Below are positions 10,301 to 24,712 of a stretch of DNA of 64,000 bases, piece after piece. The notes under the pieces were generated by a model. That model was not told the DNA's origin and ran no database searches. It saw only the letters and a program-made list of their open reading frames with translations. Each line of letters opens with the position of its first letter. Positions within the stretch are counted from its first letter, which is position 1. The position numbers and the translations under genes are program-made. This stretch comes from the human T2T-CHM13v2.0 reference genome, Homo sapiens. The DNA is taken from NCBI RefSeq assembly GCF_009914755.1, contig NC_060933.1; one strand, written 5' to 3'.

Positions 10301-13300
10301 CACAAGGTCAGCATCAAGAAGATGGTGCTTAAACATCGGTGAAGGATCTGACCCACACCCCCAACTCCCACTGTTTCCAGGCAGAAGCCCCCTTCAGATG
10401 AAGAGCCTCTTGGAAAACCTCTATTATGGAAGTGCAGAAAGAAAATGTGGGCTTGGAGCCCCCACACAGGTGGCCACCAACCTCCAGATCCCAGATTCAT
10501 AGACCCACCAACAACTCACGCCCCTGGTGTGGAAAAGCTACAGGCCCTCAATACCAGCCCAGCCCACGAGAACAGCTGAGGGGCTAAAACCTGCAAAGCC
10601 ACAGGTGCACTTCCCTAGTGGAGGTTTTCCATGACGCTTTGCCTCTGCAGCAGGCTACTCCCCCTTCTTACTTCCCCCCACCCTCCCACCACCCTACTGC
10701 CAACCCGCTCCTCCCCATCCTACCCATCCCTTTTACCTTCCACTACCACCAACCTCCTGTCCATAATTAAGTCACCTGCTTCAATATTAGGGATTACAAT
10801 TCCACATGAGTTTCATAGGGACACACAGCCAAACCATATAATTCTGACCCTGATATTCCAGAATCTCATGTCCTTATCACAGAGCAAAATACAATCATGA
10901 CTTTTCAAAAGTTTGCAAAATCTTAACTCATTCCAAATTTAAAAAATTCAGTCTCATCTGAGATAAGGCCACAGTCCCTTCTGCCTATGAGTCCCTAAAT
11001 TTAAAATGGAGTTTTTTTCTTTCAAGGTACAATGATGGTAGAGTCATTGTGTAATCTTTCTCAGTCCAAAGGGAAGAAATTTCTCAGAAAAATAACACAA
11101 ATGGGCCCACAGGCCCAATGCAAGTCCAAAACCCAGCAGGACAGTATTCACTCGATCTCACAGCTCCAAAATCATCAAGAGAACTCACGGTCATATGAAC
11201 AGCATTAAGGAGAGAGTGCTTAACCATTTGTGAAGGATCTGCACCCCCATCCTCATCTTTCACTCCCACCCACAAAATAATCTCCCCCATTCTCTCCACA
11301 CCCTTACCTCCAACCCCCATGCTTCTCCATGATTAAATCACCTCCCACCAGGTCCCACCTTCAACATTCCCCATTACAATTCCACACGAGTTTGGTAAGG
11401 ATGAAGAGCCAAATCATATTATTCTGATCCTGGCCCCCATATCTCATGTTGTTCTCACACTGCAAAATACAATGATGCCTTCTCTACAGTTCCCCAATCT
11501 CTTAACTCATTCCAGCATTTACTGAAATGTCCAAAGCCCAAAGTCTCGTCTGAGACAAGGCTGCCATATGTTCTACCTCTGAGCCTCTGAAATACCAAGC
11601 AAGTTAACTACTTCCAAAGTACAATGATTGTACATGCATTGGGTAATTATTCCCAGCCAAATGGAAGAAATTTGCCAGAAAGAAACACAAAACACAGATG
11701 GGACTTACAGACCCCATATAAGTCAAAAACCCAACAGGCCAGTCATTGAATCCTACAGCTCCAAATCATTTTTTTTTAACCCAGATCCCACATCCAGAGC
11801 ACAAGGGTATGAGGCCTGGGCTCCCAAGGCCTTGGGCAGGTCTGCACCTGTGACTTTGCAGGGTCTAACCTCCACAGTTGCCCTCATGGGTTGGGCTGGT
11901 GTTGAGTACCTATAGCTTTTCCACAATCAGGGTGCAAGCTGCTAATGAGTCTATGAAACTGGCGTTTGCAGAATGGTGCCTCCCTGTATGGGGTTCCAAC
12001 CCTATATGTTCCTTCTGTACTGCCCTAGTAAAGGAGGTTCTGCCTCTTGGAAAAGTTTCGACCTGGACACCTAGGTTTTTCCATACATACTCTGGAGTCC
12101 AGACAAAGGATCCCCAGCCTCTAGTTTTGTGCTCTGTGCACCTGCTGGCTTAACACTATGTGGAAGCCACCAAGGCTTGCAGCTTGCACCCTCTGAAGCA
12201 GTGACCCAAGCTGTACCTGTGCATCTTTCAGCCATGGCTGGAGCTGGAGCTTCAGGAATGCAGCCAGCACTGTCCTGAGGGTGGACATAGCAGCGAGGCC
12301 GTGGGGCTGGAGAAGGAAACCATTCTTTTCTCCCAGGCCTCAGGGCCGTTGATAGCAAGGGCTGCTGCAAAAGTCTCTGAAATGCCTTCAAGGCCTTTTA
12401 AACATTGTATTGGCTATTAGCACTGAACTCCATTTTATGCACATTTCTGAAGCCTTTTTGAACTTTCCCACTGAAAATCAGCTTTTCTTTTTGGCCACTT
12501 GGCCAGGCTGCAAATTTTCCAAACTTTTAAGTTCCCCTCATTTAAATATGTTTCACCTTGAGGTCATTTCTTTTGTCACATATAGGACCACAGGCTGTTC
12601 GACACAGACAGAACACCTCTTAAGCTTTGCTGCCTAAAATTTCATTCCACCAAATACACTCTAAATTATCACCCTGATGTTCAAAATTTCACAGGTCTCC
12701 AGGTTAGGGGCATTGTGCAGCAATGTTCTTTGCTAAGGAAAAAACAAAAGTGACCTTGGTTCCTGTTCCCAGCAAGCTCCTCATTTTCATATGAGACCTT
12801 CTAGGCCTGGTAATCACTGTCCATCCTTCTGTCACCTTTTTAATTATAACCATTTAACAAGTCTCTACACTGATCCAAACTTTTCCTCATCTTCCTGTCT
12901 TCTTCCAAGACCTCCAAACTCTCCAACCTCTGGCCATTACACACTTCTCAACCTGCTTCTACATTTTCAGCTATGTTTGTCACAGTCTGGCAATGTGGTA
13001 AGAGAAGAAAAGTCCATTTCAGGAGAAAAATTAATGCAGGCTTCACATATTTGCCTGAAAAGAAGCTGGGTGCTGATTGCCAAGACAATAGAGAAAAGGC
13101 CTTGAAGGCATTTCATAGCTCCACTTTATAGCATTAATTTTCTGTATAATCAGAAAGAAATGAGGTTAAACTGGCTGATGGTTCTACAAGCTTTAAATAA
13201 ATCATAGAGACTTCTGCTTCTGGGAGGATTCAGGAAACCTCCCAATCATACCAGAAGACCAAGCAGCAACGGGATGTTTTTTATGGCAGAAGTAGAAACA

Positions 13301-16300
13301 AAACAGAGAGGAAAAAGCTGCCACAAGCTGTATAACCCTGTTATACAACCAGATTTCCTGAGAACTCACTATCACAAGGTCAGTATCAAGATGTTGCTTA
13401 ACCATTGGTGAAATATCTGCCCCCTACCACCCACACCCCTCACTGTTTCCAGGCAGAAGCCTGAGGCAGAGGCAGAGCCACTAGGAAAACCTCTACTAGG
13501 GCAGAGCAGAAAAAATATATGGGCTTGGAGGCCCCACAAATGAGGTTCCCATCCTCAGAACCCAGATTCATAGACCCACCAACAGCTTGCACTCTCAGTA
13601 TGGAAAAGCTACAGGCACTCAACACCAGCCCAGCCCATGAGGGGAGCCACGGCGGCTACACCCAGCAAAGCCACAGGTGCACTGCCCTGGTAGAGGTTTT
13701 CCATGAGGCTCTGCCTCTGCAGCAGGCTACTCCCCCTTACTACTGCCCACCACAATCTCACCACCCTAGTGCCAGCCTACTCCTCCCCACCCTACCCATT
13801 TGTTTTCCCTTCTACCCCACCAACCTCCCGTTTGTGATTAAATCACCTCCCACCAGGCCCCACCTACAAGAGTTAGAAATACAATTCCCCATGAGTTTTT
13901 GTAGGGAAACACAACCAAACCATATTATCCTGACCCTGACACCCCCACATCTCATGTCCTTCTCACACAGAAAAATACAAACATGCCTTTTCAAAAGTTT
14001 CAAAAAGTCTTAAATCATTCCAGCAGTAACTCAAATGTAGAAAGTTCAAGTCTCATCCAAGACAAGGCTGCAATACCTTCTGCCTATGAGTCCCTGAATG
14101 TAAAAGACAATTCTTTTCTTTCAAGTTACAATGATGGCACAGGCACCGGGTAAGCTTTCTCAAACCAAAGGGAAGGTTTTCCCAGAAAAATAACACAAAT
14201 GGGACACAGGCCCAATCCGACTCCAAAACCCAGCAGGACAGCATTCATTTATCACGAGAACTCACTATCACACAGACTGCATTAAGGAGATAGTATTTAA
14301 CCATTTGTGAAGGATCTGTCACCCATCCCCATGTTTCACCCTCACCCACACCATGAACCTCCATTCCCCCACATCCCACTTCCAACCCCCATTCTCTACC
14401 ATGATTAAATCATCTTCTACCAAGCCCCACATTTAACATTCCCCATTACAATTCCACTTGAGTTTTGGTAGGGACACAGAGCCAAATCATATTATTCCCC
14501 CTTTGGCCCCCTAATCTCACATCCTTCTCATAGTACAAAATACAATGATGCATTTTCTACAGTCTCCCAATGACTGAACTCATTCCAGCATTTACTCAAA
14601 TGTCCATTTATGAAGGATCCACCCCCACCCCTGCCTTTCACCCCCAACCCCACCACAATCCCCCCAACCCTCCCCACCCCCCCAACCATCCAACCTCCAC
14701 TCTCCACCATGATTAAATCACCTTCCACCAGCCCCTACCTTTAACATTTCCCATTAAAATTACACATGAGTTTTGGTAGAGACACAGAGCCACAACATAT
14801 TATTCTGTCCCTGGTCCCTCAAAGTTCATGTCTTCCTCACATTGCAAAATGCAATGATGCCTTCCGTAGAGTCCCCCAAATCTTAACTCATCCCAACATT
14901 TACTCAAATGTCCAAAGCCCAAAGTCTCTTCTGAGACAAGGCTGCCATACCTTCTGCCCTGAGCCTCTGAAATACAAAGCAAGTTAACCACTTCCAAGGT
15001 ACAATGATTGTTGAGGCATTGGGTAAGCATTCCAAGCCAAAAAGAAGAAATTTGCCAGAAAGAAGGACAAAACACAGATGGGACTTACAAACCGCCTGCA
15101 AGCCAAAAACCCAGCAGGCCAGTCATTCCATCATACAGCTCCAAATCATCTTTTTGGAATCTACATCCACATCCAGAGCACAGGGTGGTGTGATGGCTGG
15201 GATCCCAAGGCCTTGGGCAGCTCTGCACCTGTGGCATTGCAGAATCTTCCCCCTACAGCTGCCCTCATTGGCTAGGCTGGTGTTGAGTGCCTGTAGCTTT
15301 TCAACACTAAGGGTGCAAGCAGCTGGTGGGTCTATGAAACTGCCGTCTGGAAAATGGTGCCTCCCTGTGTGGGGACTCCAACCCTATACTTTCCTTCTGT
15401 ACTTTCCTTCTGTACTGCCCAAGTAGAGGTTTACCATGAGGCTCTGTCTCTTGGAAAAGCTTCTGGCTAGGCACTCAGGCTTTCTGATATATCCTCTGAA
15501 GTTGAGACAAGGCTCTGAAACTTCTAGTCCTGTGCTTTATGCACCTGCTGGCTTAACACTATATGGAAGCCACCAAGGCTTGGAGCTTGCATCCTCTGAA
15601 GCAGTGACGCAAGCTGTACCTGTGCATCTTTCATCCATGGCTAGAGCTGGAAAGGGAGCTGCAGGGATGCAGGCAGCAGTGTCCTGAGGCTGCACACAGC
15701 AGTGGAGCCATGGGGCTGGGCCAGGAAACTATTCTTTTCTCCTAAACCCCAGGGCCAGTGACAGCAAGGGCTGCTACAAAGGTCCCTGAAATGCCTTCAA
15801 GGCCTTTTTTCCATTGTCATGAATTATTAGCACTGGGCTCTTTTTTATGCAAATATCCGAAGCCTTCTTGATTTTCCCCCTGAAAATCATCTTTTCTTTT
15901 TGACCAGTTGTCCAGATTAAAAATTTTCCAAATGTTGAAGCTCTGCTTCTCATTTAAATATAAGTTCCAACTTATGGTCATTTCTTTGATGACACATAGG
16001 AGCACAGGCTGTTCGACGTAGGCAGGACAGCTCTTGAGCTTTGCTGCTTAGAAGTTCATTCCACCAGATACACCCTAAATCATCACCCTCAAGTTCAGTT
16101 TCACAGATCTCCCGGGAAGGGTCACTGTGTAGCCAATTAATTTGCTAAGGCAAAACAAAAAAACCTTGGCTCCTTTTCCCAGTAAGTTCCTCAGTTTCAT
16201 CTGAGACCTTACAAGCCTGGCCTTCAGTGTCCATCCTTCTGTCAGCCTTGTAATCACAACTATTTAACAAGTCTCTGCAATGGTCCAAACTTTCCCTCAT

Positions 16301-19300
16301 CTTCCTGTCTTCTTCCAAGCTCTCCAAACTCTCTAACCTCTGGCCATTACCCAATTTGGAACCTGCTTCTACACTGTCAGCTATCTTTGTTGCAGCCTGG
16401 CAATGTGGTAAAAGAAGAAAAGTCCATTATCAGGGGGAAACATCAAGATGGCCTCCAATATTTGCATTGAAAAAAGCTCAGTGCTAATAGCCAAGAGAAT
16501 GGGGGAAACGCCTAGAAGTCATTTCATAACTTCACTTCACAGCATTAATTTTCTGTATCTACATAAAGAATAGAGGTCTATTTGACTCACAGTTCTTCAG
16601 GCTGTAAAGAAAGCATAGTGGTTTCTGCTTGTAGGAGGACTCAGGAAGCCTCCCAATTATACCAGAAGGCCAAGCGGCAATGAAATGTTTCATATGGCAG
16701 GAGTAGAAGCAAGACAGAGAGAGGAAAGAGGTGCGACATCCTGTTATACAACTAGATCTCATGAGAGCTCACTTTCAGGAGATCAGCACCAAGAAGATTG
16801 TGCTTAACTGTTGGTGAAGGATCCACCCACCAACCCATATCCACCACCCACTGTTTCCAAGCAAAAGCCTGAGGCAGAGGCAGATCCCCTTGGAAAACCT
16901 CTACTAGGGCAGTGCAGAAGGAAAATATGGGCTTGGAGCCCCCACGCCACCATCCTCCAGACCCAAGAGTCATGGACCCACCAACAGCTCACACCCCCAG
17001 TATGGAAAAGCCACAGGCACTCAACACCAGCCCAGACCATGAGAGCAGCTGCAGGTGCTAAACCCTGCAAAGCCACAGGTGCACTGCCTTAGTAGAGATT
17101 ATCCATGAGCCTCTGCCTCTGTGGCAGGCTACTCCCCCCTTGCTACACACCACCCTACATCCAGCCTACTCCTCCCCACCTTACCCACCTGTTTTTACTT
17201 TCAACCCCACCCCTCTCCCATCCATGAATAAATCACCTCTCACCAGGCCCCACCTGCAACATTCGGGATTACAATTACATGTGAGTTTAGGTAGGGACAC
17301 ACAGCTAAACCATATTATTCTGACTCTGATCCCCCAAATATCATATCCTTCTCACAGAGTAAAATACAATCATACCTTTTCAAAAGTTGCCAAAAGTCTT
17401 AAGTCATTTCAGCATTAACTCGAATGTAAAAAGTTCCACGTCTCACCTGAGAAAAGGCTACAGTCCCTTTTACCTATAAGTCCCTGAATTTAAAAGGGAG
17501 TTCTTTTCTTTCAAGGTACAATGATGGTACAGGCATTGGGTAAGTTTTCTCAATCCAAAGGGTAGAGGTTTGCCAGGAAAATAACACAAATGGGATCACA
17601 GGGCCAGTGCAAGTCCAAAACCCAGGAGGCCAGTATCCATTCAATCTCACAGCTCCAAAACCATCACAAGAACTCACCATCATGAGGAAAGGATTAAGGA
17701 GATGGTGTTTAACTATTTGTGAGGGATCCTCCCCCCACCCCCACTTTTCACCCCTCACCCCCAGCATAATCCACGCATTCTCCCCAATCTCCACCTTCCA
17801 ACACCCAGTGCCCTCCATGATTAAATCACCTTCCACCTGGCCCCACTTTTAACATTTCTGATTACAATTCCACATGAGTTTCCATACAGACACACAGCCA
17901 AATCTTATTATTCTGTCCCTGCCTCCTCAAATCTCATGTCCTTCTCACTTTGCAAAATACAGTGATGCCTTACTTACCATTCCCCAAGCCACTGTTTTTT
18001 TTTTTTGCAGTCTGCAGAACCATGAGCCAATTAAACCCCTTTATGTTATGATCATACAGAAAATTAGTACTGTGAAGTGAAGCTATGAAACGCCTTCAAT
18101 GACTTTTCCACATCGTCTTGGCTAAGACCCCCAAGGTCTTAACTCATTCCAGCATTTACTTAAATGTCTGAAGCCCAAAGTCTCATCTGAGACAAAGATG
18201 CAGTCCCTTCTGCTCCTGAGCCTCTGAAATACAAAGCAAGTTAACTACTTCCAAGGTATGATTGTCCAGGCATTGAGTAAGAATTCCTACTCGAAAGGAA
18301 GATTTTTGCCAGAGAGAAGAACAAAACACAAACGGGACTTACAGGTCCCATGAAAATCCAAAACCCAGCAGGCCAGTTATTAAAACCTACAGCTCCAAAG
18401 TCATCCTTTTTTAATCCTTGTCCCACATCCAGGGTACAAGGGCATGAGGGCTGGACTCCCAAGGCCTTGGGCAGGTCTGCACCTGTGTCTTTGCAGTTTT
18501 CAGTCCCCACAGCTGCCCTCATGGGCTGTGCTGGTGTTGAGTGCCTGTAGTTTTTACCCACGGAGGGTACAAAGCTCTTGGTGGGTCTATGAATCTGGGG
18601 TCTGCATGATGGTGGCCTCCAATGTGGGGGCTCCAACCCCATATTTTCCTTCTGCACTGCCCGAGTAGAGGTTTCCCAGGAGGCTCTGCTTTTTTGGCAG
18701 CCTTCTGTCTGGACACCCAGGCATTTTCATACATCTTCCAAAATCTATATGAAGGCTCTGAAGCCTCTGTGCTAGTGCTCTATGGACTCGCTGGCTTAAG
18801 ACTATGTGGAAGCCATGAAGCCTTATAGCTTGTACCCTCTGAAGCAGTGATGCAATTTGTACCTGTGCATCTTTCAGCCAAGGTCAGAGCAGGAGCTGGG
18901 CTGCTGGGATGCAGGCAGCAGTGTCCTGAGGCTGCACACAGCAGCAGGGCCATGGGGCTGGCCCCGGAAACCATTCTGCTCTCCTAGGCCCCAGGGCCTG
19001 TGACACCAAGGTCTGCTGCAAACATCTCTGAAATGCCTCCAAGGCTTTTTCCCCCATTGTCTTGGCTATTAGCACTGGCCTCCATTTTATGCAAATTTCT
19101 GGAGCCTTCATGAATTTTCCCCCTGAAAATCAGCTTTTCTTTTTGACCACTTGGCCAGGCTGCAAATGGTTCTAAACTTTTGAGCTCTGCTTGTCATTTA
19201 AATATAAGTTCCAACTTGAGGTCATTTCCTCGGTCACACAAGAACACGGGCTGTTTGATGCAGACAGGATCCCCCTTGTGCTATGCTGCCTAGAAGTTCA

Positions 19301-22300
19301 TTCCACCAGATATGCACTAAATCATCACCCTCAAGTTCAAAGTTTCACAGATCTCAAGGGCAAGGTCGCCCTGCAGCCATGTTCTTTGCTACAGCAAAAC
19401 AAAAGTAACCTTGGCTCCTGTTCCCAGTAATTTCCTCATTTTCATCTGAGACCTTGTAAGCCTGGCCTTCACTGTCCATCCTTCTGCCAGCCTTTTAATC
19501 ACAACTATTCAACAAGTGCCTACGATGGTCCAAAATTTCCTTGATCTTCCTGTCTTCTTTGAAGCTCTGCAAACTCTCCAACCTCTGGCTGTTACCCACT
19601 TCTGAACCTGCCTTACATTTTCAGCTATCTTTGTTGCAGCCTGACAATGTAGAAGAAAAAGAAGTCCATTTTCAGGGGGAAAGTTCAAGAAGGCTTCAGA
19701 TATTTGCATTAAAAAGAAGTCCAGTGCTAACAGCCAAGACGATGGGGAAATGTCATTAAAGATATTTCATAGCTCCACTTCACAGTACTTTATTTTCTGT
19801 ATGATGATAATGAAAAGGGGTTTAATTGGCTCATGGTTCTGTAGGCTGTAAAGAAAGCATAGTGGCTTCTGCTTCTCGGGGGACTCAGGAAGCCTCCCAA
19901 TCATACCAGTAGGAAAACAGCAATGAAATGTTTCTTACGGCAGGAGTAGGAGCAAGGCTGAGAGAAGAAAGAGGTGCCACACCGTTATATAACCAGATCT
20001 CATGAGAACTCACTATCGCTAGGTCAGCATCAAGAAGATGGTGCTTAACCATTGGTGAAGGATCCGCCCCCCAACACAGCTCCACCCCCTACTGTTCCGG
20101 ACAGAAGCCTGCTGGAGAGGCAGAGGCTCTTGAAAATCCTGTACTATGGCAGTGCAGAAGGAAAATAAGGGCTTTGACTTACTATGCAGGAGGCCACCAT
20201 CCTCGAGACCCCAGATTCATAGACCTACCAACAGTTCACACCCTCAGTATGGAAAAGTGATAGGCACTCAATACCAGCCCAGCCCATGAGAGCAGCCATG
20301 GGGGCTAAAGCCTGCAAAGCCACAGGCACACTGCCCTGGTAGAGGTTTTCCATGAGCCTCTGCCTCTGCAGCAGGCTACTCCCCCTTCCTACTATCCATC
20401 ACCTTCCCACTGCCCTACAGCCGGCCTACTCTTCCCCACCCTACCCACCCCTTTTTTCTTCCACCCCTACCCCTCCCATCCATGATTAAATAATCTCCCA
20501 CCAGGCCCCACCTCCAACATTTGGGATTACAATTCCACATGAGTTTTTCCAGGGGCACACAGCCAAATCATATTATGCTGACCTTGACCCCCCATATCTC
20601 ATATCCTTCTCACAGAATAAAATACAATCATGCCTTTTCAAAAGTTTCCAAAAGCCTTAATTCCTTCCTGCATTAACTCAAATGTAAAAAGTTCTAAGTC
20701 TCATCTGAGACAAAGCTACAGTCTCTTCTGCCTATGAGTTCCTGGAGTTAAAAGGGTGTTTGTTTCTTTCAAGGTACAATGATGGTACAGGTACTGGGTA
20801 AGCTTTCTCAATCCAAAGGGAAGAAATTTCCAAGAAAAATAACACAAATGGGACAACAGGCCCAATGGACATCCAAAATCCAGTAGGTCAGTGTTCATTC
20901 AATCTCACAGCTCCAAAATCATAAAGAGAACTCACTATCAGAAGGACAGCATTAAGGAGACGGTGTTTAAACATTTGTGAAGGATCCACCCCCACCCCTG
21001 CCTTTCACCCCCAACCCCATCACAATCCCCTCCAACCCTCCCCATCCCCAATTCCCTCCAACCCTCTCCACCCCAGAATCCCCCCAACCCTTCCCGTGCC
21101 CCCAGCCATCCAACCTCCACTCTCCACCATGATTAAATCACCTTCCACCAGCCCCCACCTTTAACATTTCACATTAACATTTCACATGAGCTTTGGTAGA
21201 GACAGAGAGCCAAAACATATTATTTTCTGTCCCTGGTCCCCCAAAGTTCATGTCTTTCTCACATTGCAAAATGTAATGGTGCCTTCCCTAGAGTCTCTCA
21301 AATCTTAACTCATTCCAGCATTTATTCAAATGCCCAAAGCCCAGAGTCTTATCTGAGACAAGTCTACAGTCCCTTCTGCCCATGAGCCACTGAATTATAA
21401 AGCAAGTTTTCTACTCCCAAGGTACAATGATTTTACAGGCAATGAGTAAGCATTCCCAGCCAACAGAAAAAAAATTGCTAGAAAGAAGCACAAAACACAG
21501 ATGGGACTCGTAGGATACATAAATGTCCAAAACCCAGCAGGCCAGTCACTCATTCCTACAGCTCCAAAATCATCATTTTTGAATCCTTGTCCCATATCCA
21601 TGACACAGGGCTGTGAGGGCTGAGCTCCCAAGGCCTTGGGCAGATCTGCACCTGTGGCTTTGCAGCGTTCAGCCTCCGTGGCTGTCTCTCATGGACAGGG
21701 CTGTTGTTGAGTGCCCATAGCTTTTCCACACTGAGGGTGCAAGCTGTTTGTGGGTCTATGAATCTGGGGTTTAGAGAATGATGCCTCCCTGTGTGGGGGC
21801 TTCAACCCTATAGGTCCCTTCTTTGCTCCCCTAGTAGAGGTTCCCCATGAGGCTCTGCCTCTTGGAAAAGCTTCTTCCTGAACATCCAGGATTTTCTGTA
21901 CATCTTCTGGAGTCTAGACAGGAGCTCCCAAGCCTCTAGTCTCTTTCTCTGTGCACCTACTGGCTTAACACTATATGGAAACCATCAAGACTTTGAGCCA
22001 CCTCTGAAGCAATGACCCAAGCTGTACCTGTGCATCTTTCAGCCATGGCTGATGCTGGAGCTGCAGGGATGCAGGCAGCAGTGTCCTGTGGTTGAGCACA
22101 GCGGCAGGGCCATGGGACTGGCCTAGGAAACCATTCTTCTCTCCTAGGCCCCAGGGTCTGTGACAGCAAGGGCTGCTGCAGACATCTCTAAAATACTTTC
22201 AAGGCCGGTTTCCCACTGTGTTGTCTTTTTGCACTGGGTTCCTTTTTATGCAAATACCCTAAGCCTTCTTGAATTTTCCCGCTCAAAATCGGCTTTTCTT

Positions 22301-24712
22301 TTTGACCACTTAGCCAGGCTCCAAATTTTCCAAACTTTAGATCTCCACTTGAAGTTCCAACTTGAAGTCATTTCTTAGGTCACCCATAAGAACACAGGCT
22401 GTTCAATGCAGACAGGACACCTCTTATGCTATGATGCCTAGATGTTCATTTCACCAGATACATCCTAAATCATCACCCCCAAGTTCATAGTTTCACAGAT
22501 CTCCAGGGCAGGGTCCCCGTGCAGCCAGTTTCTTTGCTAAGGCCAATCAAATGTAATCTTGGCTCTTGTTCATAGGAAATTCCTCATTTTCATCTGAGAA
22601 CTTTTAGGTCTGGACTTCAGTGTTTACACTTTAGTCAGCCTTCCGATCACAAGTATTTAACAATTCTCTATCGTGGTCCAATATTTTCCTCATCTTGCTG
22701 TCTTCTAAGCTTTCCCAGCTCTTCTGACCTCTGTCTTTTACCCACTTCTGAACCTGGTTCTACATTGTCAACTATCTTTATCACAGCCTGGCAATGCGGT
22801 AAAACAGAAAAGTCCATTTTCAGGGGGAAAATTCACGAAGGCTTCAGATATTTGCATGAAAAGAAGCTGAGTGCTGGTTGCCAAGACAAAGGGGAAAGGG
22901 CCTTGAAGGCATTTCATGGCTCCACTTCATAGCACTAATTTTCTGTATGATCATAAAGAAAAGAGGTTTAATTGGCTCACGGTTCAGCAGGCTGTAAAGG
23001 AAACACAGTGGCTTCTGTTTCTGGGAGGATCAGATCAGGAAGCCTCCCAATCATACCAGAAGGCCAAGGGGCAATGAGATATTACAAATGGCAGGAGAAG
23101 AAGCAAGACTGTGAGAGGAAAGAGGTGCCAGGTGAAGGATCTGCCTCCCACCTCCACCTCCCACTGTTTCCAGGCAGAAGCCTGCTGCAGATGAAGAGTT
23201 CCTGGGAAACTTCTACTAGGGCAGTGCAGAAGGAAAATATGGACTTGGAGCCCCCATGCAGGGGGCCACCACCCTCTAGACCCCAGATTCATAGACCCAC
23301 CAACAGCTTGCACCCTCCGTGTGGAAAAATCTACAGGCATTCAACACTAGTCCAGTCCATGAGAGCAACCATGGGGGCTCAAACCTGCAAAGCCACAGGT
23401 GCACTTCCCTAGTAGGGATTTTCCATGAGGCTCTGTCTCTCCATCAGGCTACTCCCCCTTCCTACTACCCACCACCCTCCCACCACCGTACAGCCAGTCT
23501 ACTCCCTCCCAACCTACCCACCCCTTTTTCCCTTCCACATCCACCCGCACCCATCTATGATTACATCACTCCCTCCCACGCCCCGTCATACTCTAATCCC
23601 TCCAAACCCTTCCAGTCTTTGTTTGCTACCCACTACTGAGCCTGCTTCTACTTTTTCAGAAATCTGTATAGCAGGTTGTCTATGTAGCAATAACAAAAAT
23701 CCCATTTAAAGGGAAACATTCAAGAAAACTTCAGAAATTTGCATATAAAGAAGCCCTGTGCTAATAGCCAAAACAAAGGGAAAAAGGCCTTGAAGACATT
23801 TCACAGCTCCTCTCTGCAGTTCTAATTTTCTGTATTATTGTAAATAAAAGAGGTGTAATTGACTCATGGTTCTGCAAGCTGTGAAGGAAGTATAGTGTCT
23901 TCTGTTTCTGGGAGGAATCAGGAAGCCTCTTCATTACATCAGAAAGCCAAGGGACAATGAGATGTCTCCTAAAGCAGGAGCAGGAGGGAGACAGAGTGAG
24001 GAAAGAGGTTCCACAGCCTGTTAAACAACCAGATCTCATGGGAACTCACTCACTTTCAGGAGGATAGCATCAAGGTGATGGTCCTTTATCATTAGTGAAG
24101 TATCTACCTGCACCATTTTATGACTAAATCTTTTTCCACCTAGACCTTGCCTCTAACATTACAAAACATAATTCCACATGAGTTTTGATAGGGACATAGA
24201 GAAAAACCGTATTATTCTGCCCTTGACCCCATGAATCTCATGTCCTTCTCAAATTGCAAAATACAATCATGCCTTGCCAGCAGTCTCCCAAAGTCTTAAC
24301 TCATTTCAGGATTAACTCAAAGTTACAAAGTCCAAAGTCTCATCTGGGTCAAGGCTACATTCTCTTTTGCCTGTGAGTCTCTGAAATAAAAAGCAAGGCC
24401 ACTGCTTCTAAGGTACAATGATGGTACAGGCATTGTGTAAGCTTTCCATATCCAAAAGGAAGACATTTTCCAGAAAGCTTCTTATTTCTCTCTGAGACCT
24501 CCTCAGCCTGGCCTTCACTGTCCATTTTTTCTGTCAGGATTTTTGTCACAACCATTGAACCAGACTCTAAGATGGTCCAAAAGTTTTCTCATCTATCTAT
24601 CTTCTTTTGAGCCCTCCAAACTCTTCCAACCTCCGTCCATTACCTGGTTCCAAAGCTGCTTCCACATTTCCAGGTATCTTTATAGCAATGCTCCAGTCCT
24701 CATTTGCCATTT
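7316..24712 (-). repeat. Macrosatellite-like tandem array of rearranged MaLR (MST/THE1-like) LTR+internal units, ~2.9-3.4 kb period
   Basis: Marker cagaagcc...ggcagtgcagaaggaaaat recurs near 7506, 10381, 13453, 16861, 20101 and 23174; LTR marker aaagaggtttaattggctca near 10091, 13154, 16565, 19812, 22954 and 23846; MaLR internal ORF remnants such as LEEDRKMRESLDHCRDLLN (16145..16354-). Confidence 0.9.
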
